Shown in pieces: positions 1 through 12,731 of a stretch of 64,000 bases of DNA (position 1 is the first letter of the stretch; each line of letters starts with the position of its first letter). This DNA comes from Octopus vulgaris (Eukaryota): positions 23,126,001 to 23,190,000 of the forward strand of contig OX597827.1 in the NCBI GenBank assembly GCA_951406725.2. The letters are read 5' to 3'. The position numbers and the translations under genes are program-made. Under the pieces are notes generated by a model that saw only the letters and a list, made by a program, of their open reading frames with translations, had not been told where the DNA came from and made no database searches.

Positions 1-99
1 CTGTTTGGTTTGTGTTTAGATTTGTTTCGCTTGGAGTCTGTGTGTGTGAGTCCCAAGTTGTATGATTAAGGCCGAGAAACAGGTGAGTGTGCTTCTCTC

Positions 100-462
100 A
101 CTCTACGTATATGTGTATATATATATATATGTGTGTGTGACTGATATATGTCAGTATGTGTATGTGTGTAAGTGTTGTGTAGCTGACTGCATGTGTGTGT
201 GTGTTGTCTTTCTTGGCTGCTGCTGTTGCTTATGTCAGGGTGGGGGTTGTTGTTGTTGTTGTTGCTGGTGGTGGTGGTGGTGGTGACGTGTTGGGTGAGC
301 TGTTTACTGGCGTGGTGGCGATGGCGGTGGTAACAGAGACGGTGGCGTTGATAACAGTGGTGGTGGAGGGGGTAGGGTGGGGTTGCTGTTGAGGCGGTGG
401 TGTTGGTGACAGTGGTGATGAGATGGCAGAGAGAAGACGGTGGTGGTGGTGGTGGTGGTGGT
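100..462. repeat. Compound (TA)/(TG)/(TTG)/(GGT) simple repeats
   Basis: Visible tandem runs; they explain the poly-V/C/W/G ORFs. Confidence 0.9.
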
Positions 463-583
463 AAAGGTAAGGCCAGGAGTGGCAGATATAGAAAGACCAG
501 ATGTAGTTGTATAGGTCGTAGTAATTTAGATAAAGTATGATAGTATTCTTATGTACGAGAAACAGTAGTATAGAAATGAGACT

Positions 584-712
584 TCCTTCGGTATTGGTCT
601 ACAGAGTGACGGTGTGAGGAGAAGCCGTAATGCATCCCCTTTTTCAGCCCCTTTATGTCATAAAGGAAGGTTAGGGTTTGGGCGAATGACGTCATGTACC
701 AATACCGAAGGA
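584..712. mobile_element. Small MITE-like element with 15-bp perfect inverted repeats
   Basis: tccttcggtattggt (584-598) and accaataccgaagga (698-712); internal ggttagggttt. Confidence 0.5.
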
Positions 713-1064
713 TTGCCACGAAATGATAGTATAAATAGTAGTATGGTGGGTGCTAGTATGAATAGAAACTAAAGAAGTGTATTGGTAGTATAATAGGTAT
801 TTTGTTTAACCTTAGGACACACCTGTGATGAGTGACATTCCTAACATGACCACATAGTAGAGGGCGAGGTTGTATGACTTGAATTGTTTACAGTGGAAGT
901 TGTGTGACTACGTTTATATTACTATCTCTTTCTTCACCTGTATTATTGATTGGTAGAAGGAAACTAAAAGAAGCCCACTATATATGTATATAAAACTGTA
1001 TAATAATAACTAAATAATAATAATATATATTCTCTGATTTAAAGCTACATTTATATATAAATAA

Positions 1065-1156
1065 TTGACTGAAAATGATGAGCTAACCCAAGCCAAAATT
1101 GAACCCACAAATCAACGCTTACACGACTCCTTGTATAACCAATTGGGCCAGCAGAC
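1065..1156 (-). repeat. Degenerate tRNA-derived element (SINE head or tRNA pseudogene)
   Basis: Minus strand has A-box-like tggcccaattgg and B-box-like ggttcaatt; related flank at ~49220-49290. Confidence 0.45.
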
Positions 1157-1411
1157 TTCCATAGTCGCTTTACAAAACCTTCTGGTTTGTATATAAATAT
1201 ATTTATAATTAAAAACGAATGTAAAAATACATTACGAAGGATATATCATAAACGGTTAATAATTATTTATTTATGAATATATTGAATGTATCAATGGCCA
1301 AACATGTAATAATAATGGCCAGACGTGTTTATGCAAAATGTTGGGAATGAACAACACTGCTTGTATGACAGAGATGCTCACTTACGACTCTCACATGATG
1401 TCAAGACAAGG

Positions 1412-1466
1412 ACACACACGCACACAGACACACAGACACACACACACACACACACACACAGACACA

Positions 1467-1505
<39 letters not shown>
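1412..1505. repeat. (CA)n microsatellite
   Basis: Direct. Confidence 0.95.
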
Positions 1506-1507
<2 letters not shown>

Positions 1508-1655
1508 AACAAGCTTCTTTCAGTTTCTGACTGCCAAATCTATTCATAAGGTTTTGATTGGCCCAGATCTGTGGTAGAAAACACTTTCTTAAGATGTCAT
1601 GCAGTGGGACTGAACCAAAAACCTTGTGGCTGGGAAGCAAACTTCTTACCACACA
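1508..1655 (-). mobile_element. tRNA-derived SINE family A, head fragment
   Basis: Matches the family A head seen at 13416, 28980 and 61740 (gtgtggtaagaag...ggttcagtcccactg). Confidence 0.8.
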
Positions 1656-2624
1656 TCCACATCAATGCCTATCATTCATATGTGTGTATGTGTGTGTGTG
1701 TGTGTTTGTGTTAATGTCTGTTCTTCCCCCACCCCCACTACTCGACAACCATTGTTTGTTTGTTTATGTCCTCATAACTTACAAGTCCAGGCAGAGAATT
1801 AGTACCAGATTTTAAAACATAAATTAAGTATTGGGGTCAATGTGCTCAACTAAACCCTTTAAGGTGATGCCCCAGCATCGCCACATTCCAATGTGCAGGG
1901 TTCAAATTTCACCGAAGCAACTTTTATCTTTTCTGAGCCAATAACATAAAGCATCTGGTTAACTACTCACCTGAACACAAATTTGGGGACCTGGACTCAT
2001 TCACAAAATCATTGTCTGCTTCAATACAAATAACTATATGCCATGAGAGCCTGAACATATATCTATATATGTATATATATGTATATATGGATATGAAGAT
2101 AAAAAGAGTGGTGACCCCACTTACCCGGATCCCTACTATTTTCTCTGCTACTCTCTAAATTATGATAGACTTAACAAAGTATGTATTATTTTCTAAACTC
2201 GTTCTGTCACAGATATGACAAAAGAAACAATGCAAACATTTTGAGTTCCATTATTGATGTGAATATATTAAGGAAATGGTTATGTTCTTTAGGTTTGGAG
2301 TCTATGCAGAACGGTTCATTTCAAATGGTGTAATGTTTTCATTAATCAATAAAAGAGTCGCTTGAAACGTCTGGCAGGAATTGACACCTGTACATCTTTG
2401 TTATTCATATCTTATTCACCTAACTTGGAATCTGCACTTTGGAAATACTATAGAAAGGACCTTTATAAAAAGTACAGGTCTGAATTACCAAGAGCAGATA
2501 TCTTCACTTAGCCAGGTTGCATTGTCTGCACACATACGGCAGGAATATGAGGGAAAAACATCCCTGTACGGGGTCTTGATATTCAATATTCAATTAATAC
2601 TGTTTGGGTGTGCAGATTATATTG

Positions 2625-2900
2625 GACTGAAAAGTGACTGGTGACAAGAAATGGGTTTTCAATAAAAATGTCAAGCACCGAAGACTGTGGGTAGGGAAAG
2701 GAGAAACACCGGCACCCCAGGCCAAAGAAGGTCTTCATCCATGTAAGGTGTTGTTAGCTGTTTGGTGGGATATGAAAGGTTTAGTCCACTTTGAACTTTT
2801 AAACCCAAATCAAACGATAACAAAGGAGCTTGAGCAGCTCAGGTCAGTGCTAGAAGAAAAACGACCATCTTTGGTTTTAAGACAAAAGGTTTTTCTTCCA
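2625..2900 (+). mobile_element. Mariner transposase fragment (catalytic domain start)
   Basis: TGDKKWVF...LHPCKVLLAVWWDMKGLVHFELLNPNQTI are typical mariner motifs. Confidence 0.9.
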
Positions 2901-3019
2901 TGTCAAGCCATGCAATCCATGCCTGTTTGGTAGATGGATATTAAATGATGACGATGATGATGATGATATAGTATATCTTGTGTGTACAAATAGTTGTACA
3001 GCTGTTGCTATTAAGTTTA

Positions 3020-4115
3020 GAGATCACAAATCCCTTCAGGGAAATGGCCTTGCTTGATGTGTAGAAAAGGCATAGGTAGAAACTCCATAAGGTGTACCCA
3101 GTGCAAGCTATGGCCATATAAGAGGTGCAGCAATATCAGAGGGAGGTTAACAGGGGACATAGTATTTGTGTGTGGCAGATGTACAGGTACAATAAACACT
3201 AGAAATGTAAAGAAAATAGACTCTCCATCAAATACCAGGTGGGAATACCTTAGAAGTAATTGATAGCTTCTGTTATCTAGGTGACCAAATCAGCAGTGGA
3301 GATGGATGCTCTGAGAGTGTGGCTGCTTGTATAAGAATAGGCTGGGCAAAGTTCAGAGAGCTCCTACCTCTGTTGGTAACAAAGGACCTCTTCTTCAGAA
3401 TGAAAGGCAGACTGTGTGTGAACAACCTTGCTACACAGCAGTGTAACATGGGCTGTGACTGCAGAAGACATGCGAAGGCTTGAAGAAACGAATCCAGTAT
3501 GTTTTTCTAGATGTGTAATGTCAGTGTGCCCACACTGAGAGAAAAAATGGATATAAGAAGCATCAGATGTGGTGTGCAAGAGAGAGAGGACTTATGCTAG
3601 TGTGGTCATGTGATGCGTATGGATGAGAACAGCTATGTAAAGAAGTGACGAACTGTAAATGGAAGGAACTTGTGGAAGAGGGAGACCCAGGAAGACACGG
3701 GAAGATATGGGATGAGGTAGTGAAGCATGATCTTTGGATGTTGAGCTTCACAGATGTGATGACAAATAATTGAGACCTTTGGAAATTTTCTGTGCTTCAG
3801 AAGACACATCAAGCTAAGTGAAATTATAGTTCTGGTGACACATAAAAGGCACCTGTGCTGGTGACACGAAAAAGGCACCTGTGCCAGTGATATATTAAAG
3901 GCACCTGTGCCAGAGACATGTAGAAGGCATCCAGTGCACTCATGGAATGGTTGGCATTAGGAAGGGCATCCAGCCATGCCAAAACAGACTGAAGACCGAT
4001 GCAGCTCTGCAGCGTATCAGTTCCAATCAAGCCATCTAACCTATGTCAGCAAGGGAGATGGACACTAAATGATAATGACACTGATGATGATGATAATGAT
4101 GATGATGATGATGAG
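3020..4115 (+). mobile_element. RTE-clade LINE, 5'-truncated and degenerate (family RTE-1)
   Basis: CRKGIGRNSIRCTQCKLW..., homologous to the 21-23 kb copy; 3' UTR with short tandem repeats and a (GAT)n tail. Confidence 0.9.
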
Positions 4116-4160
4116 GAGGATATATAAATACACACACAGAGGGATCTCTGTATATGAATA

Positions 4161-5055
4161 GTCTTTATTTCTTTTCATCATTGTTGTTGATTATGTGCTA
4201 CGTATGTCAGTTGATATCATCTCTGGCAAGGGCTTTGAAATAAAACCAAGAAGTTCCAGACACCCAGCTGAGTACTTGACAGACACTGACTTTGCTGACG
4301 ACATCATTCTTATCAGTGATTTTCTCTCCAATGCCCAGTCTCTTTTACAATCTCTTGAACAAGCCTCAAATTGTGTAGGTCTTTACCTCAATGAGGCCAA
4401 AACTGAATACATAAACAAGTGCCTGTCCAACAGTGATTGCATCATCCATACTCTCAACAATGCGCCCTTAAATACGGTTTCTGATTATAAATATCTTGGG
4501 TCATACAAATCATCATCTGGAAAAGACTTTCTAACTAGAAAGGGTATGGCCTGGTCAGCCTGTAATGACATGCATAAGATCTGGTCATCAAATCTAAGTA
4601 GAGACTTCAAACTTGAAATATTCAAAGCCACAGTCGAACAAATTCTACTATATGGCTCAGAAACCTGGACGTTATCAAAGAAGCTTGAGAGGCGGTTGGA
4701 TGGAACCTACACTTGCCTCCTTATGAGAGCTCAAAATCTCTCGTGGAAGCACCATCCAACCAAAATGCAAGTATATGGGAAACTACCACCTGTGTCATCT
4801 CTTGTGAAAGGTAGGAGAGTCCAGTTTGCTGGACATTGTTGTAGAGCTGAAAAAGAAGTAATTTCTACTCTTCTCCTCTGGAAGCCATCTACTCACAATA
4901 CCAGAGGGCGCACACTCTCCTACCCTGATGTAATCTCCAGGGATACAGGCATCCAGCAACAGGACCTCCGTAATGCCATGATGGACCGTGAAGTCTGGCG
5001 TAGCATGGTAAATTCTATTGTCTTGACCATGGTCGAACAATGATGATGATGATGA
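4161..5055 (+). mobile_element. Young 5'-truncated RTE-clade LINE (family RTE-2) with intact RT C-terminal ORF
   Basis: ORF 4195-5043 has TDFADD, YKYLGS, LLYGSETWTL and FAGHC; (GAT)n tail; 12-bp TSD tgtatatgaata at 4149-4160 and 5056-5067. Confidence 0.93.
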
Positions 5056-5205
5056 TGTATATGAATATAGTATATTCTGGAGCCCTGTTCATTAACCAAA
5101 TTGTTTGTTACATGAGTAAATGAAATACATATAACTAAGGGTAATCCATTTAAAGTCCCACCCAAAATGCATGAAATGTTGTTTTATTTGTCAATCTATC
5201 ATAGT

Positions 5206-5512
5206 CCATCCATCCGTGACCGACCAGGCTATCAGATGTTGCTACACATCGCTGGTCACAATGTGTTTCGCATTGTTTTAGCTTTCAAATGACGTCACCC
5301 TGCTGGCTAAGCAAGCAGGCCAACAGAACAAAGAGTGAGAGAAAGTTGTGGTAAAAGAGTACAGCAAGGGTCGCCCCCCCCCCCTGCCGGAGCCTCGTGG
5401 AGCTTTAGGTGTTTTCGCTCAATAAACACACACAACGCACAGTCTAGGAATCGAAACCACGATCCTACAACTGCGAGTCCACTACCCTAACCACTGGGCC
5501 ATTGCACCTCCA
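5206..5512 (-). mobile_element. tRNA-derived SINE family C, full length
   Basis: Minus head tggcccagtggttaggg...ttcgattcc; TSD ctatcatagt at 5196-5205 and 5513-5522. Confidence 0.9.
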
Positions 5513-6209
5513 CTATCATAGTAGATATATAAATATGTGTGTGTGTGTGTGTGTGTGCACGCATGCATTTTACTTCCTCTTTGTCTAGCTTCTGTCAATC
5601 CATGGTAATGTTTTTAGCAAAATATGACAAATATTTTCTGTATGAAATATGAAAATTTACATGGTTATTAATGAATTATATATGTTCTTTCAGCCTTGTG
5701 TGTCTTTTTGTGGTTTGTTGTTCAAATTTCAGTGCATTGGATGAATATATTTGTCTTCAGAAAACCTGTTCACTACACAACTTGTTCATTTAGATTATCA
5801 TTCATATCTGAACTCCTACTGACTAACATACAAGTGTAAGTCTTCTCATGGTTCATTGACAAAATTACAGCTCATTGAGTATAATTTTCTTCAGAAAATT
5901 ATGCAATTTCTTCATTCACAGAACCACTTGTATAGGGGTACCCCACAGTCACACACTCATGCTTGCATGCAGGCACGCACAAATTTGGAGATTCAGCTGA
6001 TGAATTATTTAATTACACCATCATTAAATTGACACTCTTCAGTGGCCTTTCAGAGGAGTTAGGGGCGAGAAGCTAGAGATGAGATTCCAGGAATACTAAA
6101 GTAGCAGATGACATTGAAGTTTGCACAGTGCTGTTAGAGAGCAGCAGACGGCAGAAGAATGGTCAAAACAGGAAACTCCTATTGGAATTGTGATGATAGG
6201 GTGAGAATA

Positions 6210-6490
6210 TCATCTTCATCATCATTTAGTGTCTGTTGTCCATGCTGGTATGGACTGAATGGTTTAACCAGGGTTGGCAAACTAGAAGGCTGCACCAGAC
6301 TCCAGTCTGATTTGACATGATTTTCTACAGATGGATGCCCTTCCTAATGCCAACCACTCTGAGAATATAATGGGTGCTTTTATGTGCCACTGGCACAGGT
6401 GCCATTTGCGTGACACCAGTATCTTCCATGACTGCAATTTTACTTGGCTTGATGGGTCTTCTGTTCCAACACGACATAATGTCAAAGGTC
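6210..6490 (-). mobile_element. RTE-1 3' UTR fragment (family D)
   Basis: gatgcccttcctaatgccaacc motif and cat repeats shared with the RTE-1 3' end. Confidence 0.85.
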
Positions 6491-6494
6491 TTGC

Positions 6495-6995
6495 AAACAA
6501 TTAAAGTTCCCAGAGAGCATCATGCCTATGACACTCTACCAGAAATAAAAGCTCTCTCCCAAAATTCCACTATGATCCGGCAGAAACTAACTGTACCCTG
6601 GGGAGAACATATGGAAGAGGCTCAGAAGAAAGCTTGCCAAATACCAGAAGTTAGTACAACAGTGCAGAAATCAAAGCTGGTGGCCCCCTGCAAGCCATTG
6701 GAAGTAGACTGCCCCAGTGTTTTGCAGAGTGAATGCTCTGCAAAACTGTGACTGGACTTGATGTTACTGGCGCAACAAAGAGGAGGGCTGCTGTAAGTTT
6801 TATCACCATAGCTGCAAAGAAACCCACTCAATGGCTTTGGTTAAAGGGAGCAGGCCAATGGTTTGCTGTTCCTGTGATGCAACCTGGAATTTGATCAACC
6901 CTGGCTGGACCAACAAGTGATGAGGTCTGATGTTAAAAGATCCGAAATCCTTAAAGACCCTAGAAACATCTGTGATGATGCTTCCTGGAGCATCC
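6495..6995 (+). mobile_element. Hero-type (R2 group) LINE 3' fragment, restriction-like endonuclease region plus 3' UTR
   Basis: Frameshifted translation reads KLTVPWGEHMEEAQ..KYQ..QC..CKPLEV..WLWLK, resembling the Hero C-terminus. Confidence 0.75.
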
Positions 6996-7634
6996 ATGAG
7001 ATGTTTCTTGGAACTAGTCAATTTCTATGTATTTCTGTGTGAGAGTGTATGTGTGTGGGTGTGTTTCTGTCGTATTTTTGTCCTTTGACCAGAGTAACCC
7101 AATTGTCAGTCCACCAGTGACCAGCCTCCCTGCTTTTTGTATGTGTGCATGCTTTGTGTGTGTGTGTTGCCTACCCGAGTTAGAATCTCTTTCTTTGCTC
7201 TTTTCTATATTTTCTCTCCCTTTTCAATGGCTTTCTGCTCTTTACTCCATTCTTTCTCGCTTTCTTTCTCTTTCGTTTATTTCCTTCTTTCTCTCTTTCC
7301 AGGATGCATTACTTGCCTTTCTTTCCTCCTCGTTTTGTCTTCTTCCTCTTCTCACTCCAATCAAAAGCCAGTTTATAAATCCATTCGCTCGTGCGTCACA
7401 GTGTCTGTTATCCCTGTAGTGTGTCCTAGTTCTGTATCCAGTTTGTTTCTAAGAGATTGGTTACACACCAGGGAAACTCAGGTCAGAGTAATTGGCCAAT
7501 AGAACAGTCTAAATAGATTTTACACACACACACACACATGTATGTATATTGACATACACATGCTGTGATTTGACTTCGTGTGCCTTGTTTATCATCATCA
7601 TCATCCTCATCATTGATTTTTGAAGCGAACATAC

Positions 7635-7724
7635 CTGCATTTATTTTGCTCCAGAGCTACATCAAATTTACAGCATTACCATACGAATTTTCCTGGAATT
7701 CTTGTTAAAAGGGCTTATACTATT
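7635..7724 (-). other. Candidate exon of a minus-strand spliced transcript (stops in all frames)
   Basis: Acceptor cattcttcag| and donor GCAG|gtatgt in unique sequence; 90 nt. Confidence 0.4.
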
Positions 7725-7955
7725 CTGAAGAATGCGTATTCTTGACACCCAGAAGTAGACAATTAAACATGTTTATTTTTAGAAACGTATTCCCATTTAT
7801 TCACACACATGCCATTGACATTTTCACCTTCAAAATAGTCACCAAACATAAATACAGTACATGACAAAGCAACATCTTATAAGAAAAACACAAAACAAAA
7901 TGAAAACAAAATACACTAGTGATTTAAGAAATGGAAAGAAAACAAACACTTAAAG

Positions 7956-8211
7956 CAGTGATTCCCAAAGTGGGTGATATTGCCCCCCTGGGTGCATTGA
8001 AAAGTTCCAGGAAGGTGTTGAAGAAAAGTGGAGCGATAATGGGTTAGCGATGGGTTCATTAGGTTAAGTTTTATTTGCGAAGTACAGTTGCTTTGAATTT
8101 GGTTCAGAAAAAGGTCTTTGTGGTGGTTAGTTGGGGGGGGGGGGCACTAGAAATGTGGCCTGGGTGTTAAAGGGGGCGGGGCGGTAGCCTGAAAAACTTT
8201 GGGAACCACCG
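7956..8211. mobile_element. hAT (Charlie-like) MITE
   Basis: TIRs cagtgattcccaaagt / actttgggaaccaccg; degenerate 8-bp TSD acttaaag / atttaaat. Confidence 0.8.
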
Positions 8212-8479
8212 ATTTAAATGAATAATTAACACATAGAAATATTGCAAATGGTCTAATAGGTCATTTTGAAGACAGCAATAACAACAACAACAATCACAAC
8301 AACAGTGGCAATATTTACATTTATCTTACTCATTGTCTTGTTAAAGTAGACCTTGTGTCAATTGCACAGCAAGCAGAATTTACATTTAACACAGTTCCAA
8401 AAGAAAAAAAAAGGGGGCAGTATACGGGAGAATTTTGCATAACTAAACATCATTTCTTTGTCACAAAGAGCACAAGTAG

Positions 8480-8815
8480 GAGACCTCCTTTGGTCATGAA
8501 TGACCATGGGATTGCACCTAGAAAGTTACCTTGCAAGGCACAAGTCAGGGCAAGATTGTTTGTGGAAGGCCAGCAGTCGCCCATGAATACCGCCCTCCCC
8601 TCTCCACACCGATGATGTTACCCAAGGGAAAGGCAACGGCCAATACAGCTTGGCACCAGTGACGTAGCAACTCATTTCTACAGATGAGTTAACTGGAGCA
8701 ACGTGAAATAAAGTGTCTTGCTCAAGAAGACACCACACAGCCCGGTCCAGGAATCGAACTCACAACCTCACAATCGAAAGCCCGACACTCTAACCACTAA
8801 GTCATGTGCCTTCAC
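8480..8815 (-). mobile_element. tRNA-headed SINE with CORE-like body
   Basis: Minus head tgacttagtggttagag...gttcgattcc, body ttgagcaagacactttatttcac; 18-bp TSD cacaaagagcacaagtag at 8462-8479 and 8816-8833. Confidence 0.9.
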
Positions 8816-10294
8816 CACAAAGAGCACAAGTAGTTTTATTTAATTATCCCTCATAACAAGAATTATAAGAAGCACTTTGGAAAATCCTCTCAACCAAAAA
8901 GGAGGTAAGTTATGGCACTGTTTGCTGCATTTTCAGAACTGAAAACTCAACCGAAACACAGGTAGGAATTGTTAGACACACCTCTACCAATACATTTGTG
9001 CCCCACTATGCAAGGGAAAAAAATATGAGTGAAAATAAGAGGCATTGGAAAGGATGTAAGTCTGTGGCTAGACTTTACTTTATATCACAGAATGGCAAAA
9101 AGTGAAAGTAAGGCTTACAAGAATTGATATGCAGTCTGGAGGCATCAAAATGGATTTGAAAACTGTACTGTCTCCTGAAGACCACAAATCTATACTGGAA
9201 CTGTACCCTCTTGAAGGCGCTAAGACAAAAAAACATGATACTGATGATAGAGTGCAAAAAGCTTAGCTACTACATTCGTTGTGGTAAAAATCACCTTTGG
9301 GATCCTTGCCCTGAAGAACTAAAGAGTCTGTGGGAAAATCAAAAATATGAAAGTAATGAAGATCAACTGAGACAGCGAAAAGAGTAACAAACTCCAATAA
9401 TCCAAGAACTGTTGGCCAAAGCTCAGGGGATGGACAGAGAAATCCCTTTATACCAAGTAAATGCACAAGCAAACAGCTCATTCCCTGACAACTACAACCA
9501 GTAACACTATTCCATCATCACAAGACAAGGAATAAATAACAGAGGAAAATGTACAAAGAACCAGAGGAAACTCTAAAGGACAAACAAGAAAAAAATATGG
9601 AGAAAGAAAGAGGAAGACAGGATAGCAAAAATGGACAAAGCTGAATAATTTCTGTAAAAGGAATATGATACTTCTCTTCAGAAAAATAATAAAGAAAATG
9701 AAGAAAGGAAAGTGGGGACAAAGACCTAAGTTTCATTAATTAGTCACAACTAATTGACAAAATTGTGCATCCACAGAGTATCAGGGACTTTTCAAAGAAC
9801 TGTAAATAACATTAGTAGAATTAGGTTTAGAAAAGGCAACATGCAAGAGAGAGATTAGTAAAAACCAAACAAATAAACTACAAGGAACCTAAACAATATT
9901 ACCTAGAACTTGTTGGTATTTTACAATCACAACCAGCTTTAAAAAAATACTAAAATACATGCTTTTGGGTCCACAAGAATACAATACAGAAATTGGCAAA
10001 CATGGGGTCCTCCTACCTGACTTCTAGCTTGTATATCATACTTTATTACCTTTTAATTATATCTTGTTTTAATTGATGTTTCATCATACCTTATCCTATT
10101 TATTCCCATGCAATATTTGTACTTTAAAAATATCAATTTGTCACCATTTAGGTTATTGTGTAATACGTGTCACACCTTTTCTTGTTTTTCAATAACCTGA
10201 CTGTCATGCTTCACATGTTTCTTTGCAATGTTTGGAGAATGTTTCCTATTTTTCTGTATTTCTTAGAAACTTTGTGACTACTAAAGAAAAGATT

Positions 10295-10473
10295 ATTATC
10301 GGTATTTTGTCTGCCACAACATTCTGAATTCAAATTCTGCTAAGGTCGACTTTGCCTTAAAGTAAGTTTGACTGAAACTTTGCCAATAAAGTAAGTTTGA
10401 CTGAAACACTGCAGTTGATGTAATTAACTATCCCCCTCCCCAAATTTCAAGCCTTGTGTCTATAGTAGAAAGG

Positions 10474-10536
<63 letters not shown>

Positions 10537-11240
10537 TAAGGTGGCGAGCTGGCAGAATTGTTAGCATGCTGGGTGAAATGCTTAATGGTATTTCGCCTGT
10601 CTGAGTTCTGAGTTCAAATTCCGCTAAGATCATCTTTGCCTTTCATCTTTTCAGGGTCGATAAATTAAATACCAGTTGAACACTGGGGTCAATGTAATCG
10701 ACTCATGTCCACCTCCCCCAAAGTTGTTCCCCTTGTGGCAAAATCTGAAATTATTATTATTATTATTATTATTATTAGGGCAGTGAGCTTGTAGAATGGT
10801 TAGCTCTGGCAGGCAAAATGCCTAGTGGCATTTCGTCCATTGTTATGTTCTGAGTTCAAATTCCGCCAAGGTCGACTTTGCCTTTCATCCTTTCACATTT
10901 GATAAATTAAGTACCAGTGAAACATTGGGGTCGACGTAATCAACCAGTCCCCTCTCCCCAAATTTCAGGCCTTCTGCCTATAGTAGAAAGAATTATTATT
11001 ATTGTTATTACTAATACTAACATTGTGAAGGTAGTGAGCAAGCAAAATTGTTTGTGCATCAGAGCAAATGTTTAGCAGTATTTTCTACCTCTTAAAGTTC
11101 TGGGTTCAAATCTAACTAAGATCAAAGGTACATTTCGTCCCTTCAGGATTGGTAAAATAAGGTACCAGTCAAGTGCTGGGGAATGATGTCATGGACTTGC
11201 TCCTCCCTTCAAAGTTGCCGTGATGAAATTAGAAGGAAGT
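10295..11240 (+). mobile_element. Head-to-tail array of four SINE family B copies separated by (TTA)n
   Basis: Repeated gagctggcagaa...gttcaaattccgc..aggtcgactttgcctttcatcctttc..gtcgataaa units starting at about 10300, 10538, 10776 and 11027. Confidence 0.88.
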
Positions 11241-11789
11241 ATTATAAACATTTTTAAAAAACTTTTATTTACTCTTTCTAGAGCCTACAGCCAGAAATGG
11301 TAACCCTGGAGGCCTCAGAGATCAAAGAAATCTCAAATATTTCTTCTCTTGCCTAAAGTGTTGTTACAGGAAAATTGTAAACCAGGTTTTAAAATGTAAA
11401 GATATGCCATCTTATATGAACATTTAGGAAGGAACCGTTCTCTATACTAGCAGAAGCATCATTAAACAACCCTGCCAATTCTTCAAGTCACATTCTTCTC
11501 TGAAAAAAAATAACATGATGACTTAATGAGAGAAAAGAGGAACTGTTATGCTCCCTTTCATGGCCTCCAAGACTGAATGGAAGGGAAGAATTTACTAAGA
11601 GAAAGTATTGTCAGCCTGTAGGATACAAAGAGAGTCACATACGTAAAATATGATGGACATGACCAGGTGGAAGAGTGGCAGAGCCTTGCAATATATTCTG
11701 GTTAATGGATATTCCATTTCAGAACCTGTTGTGTAAATGATTAGCCACAAGTTGATTAATCTCTATCAATTCTTTTCTACTCTTTTCTA

Positions 11790-12640
11790 ATCTAGGCACA
11801 AGGTCCGACATTTTTGGGGGAGCAGGGGCCAATTGATTAGATTGATCGCAGTACGCAACTGGTACTTAATTTATTGACCCCGAAAGAATGAAAGGCAAAG
11901 TCAACCTGGGCAGAATTTGAACTCAGAACTTAGTGGCAGACGAAATACCGATAAGCATTTTACCCGGCATGCTAATAATTCTGCCAACTCGTCACCTTTT
12001 AATCTCTATTAATTAGTAAGGCCATGAGCTGGCAGAGTCATTAAGACATCGGACAAAAGGCTTCATGGCATTTTACCAGTCTTTACGTTCTGAGTTCTGA
12101 TCCTGTCGAAGTCAACTTTGCCTTTCATCATTTTGGGGTCGATAAAATAAGTACCAGTTGAGTATGGGTGGGGGTGGGGTGGGTGATGTAACTGACTAGA
12201 CCCCACCAACCCTGAAATTGCTGGCCTTGTGCCAAAATTTGAAATCAATATTTCTCATGGACATTCAGATTTAGAGATACCAGCTATACTTTCCGCCATG
12301 TCAAATATCTTCCCAAATCCCCTTTTTACTGATGGTTTCACCAAGTTTCCATTACACTTTACACATCTTCACTGCTAAAATAGCCAACGAAATAAGAATA
12401 ACATCGGTTTCAAATTTTGGCACAAGGCCAGCAATGTTGGGGTTGGGGGTGGGGTAAGTCATTACATTGACCCCTACCTACCCCCCACCAGTGTTCACTG
12501 GTTTTTATTTTATTGACCCTGCAAAAGGATGAAAGGAAAAGTTGACCTCTGTGGCATTTGAACTCAAAACATGAAAATACAGACGACGTGCTGCTAAGCA
12601 TTTTTCCCAACATGTTAACAGTTCTGCAAGCTCACCATTT
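11790..12640. mobile_element. Three SINE B copies in alternating orientation (-,+,-)
   Basis: About 11790-11998 (-), 12018-12250 (+), 12405-12640 (-). Confidence 0.85.
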
Positions 12641-12731
12641 TCTTGGTGTAGGAATATTATTAAATAATCTTCTAAAGAAATAGATGTCCCTAATACATGC
12701 TGAATTGATAATCTCAAACAATCATATAATA

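Noticed and set aside
8745-8815. tRNA genes at SINE heads
   Set aside because: A/B boxes are present but continue into SINE bodies with TSDs; no intact cloverleaf is evident
9075-9950. A-rich, coding-like decayed sequence
   Set aside because: Probably an old retroelement ORF, but no motif could be identified
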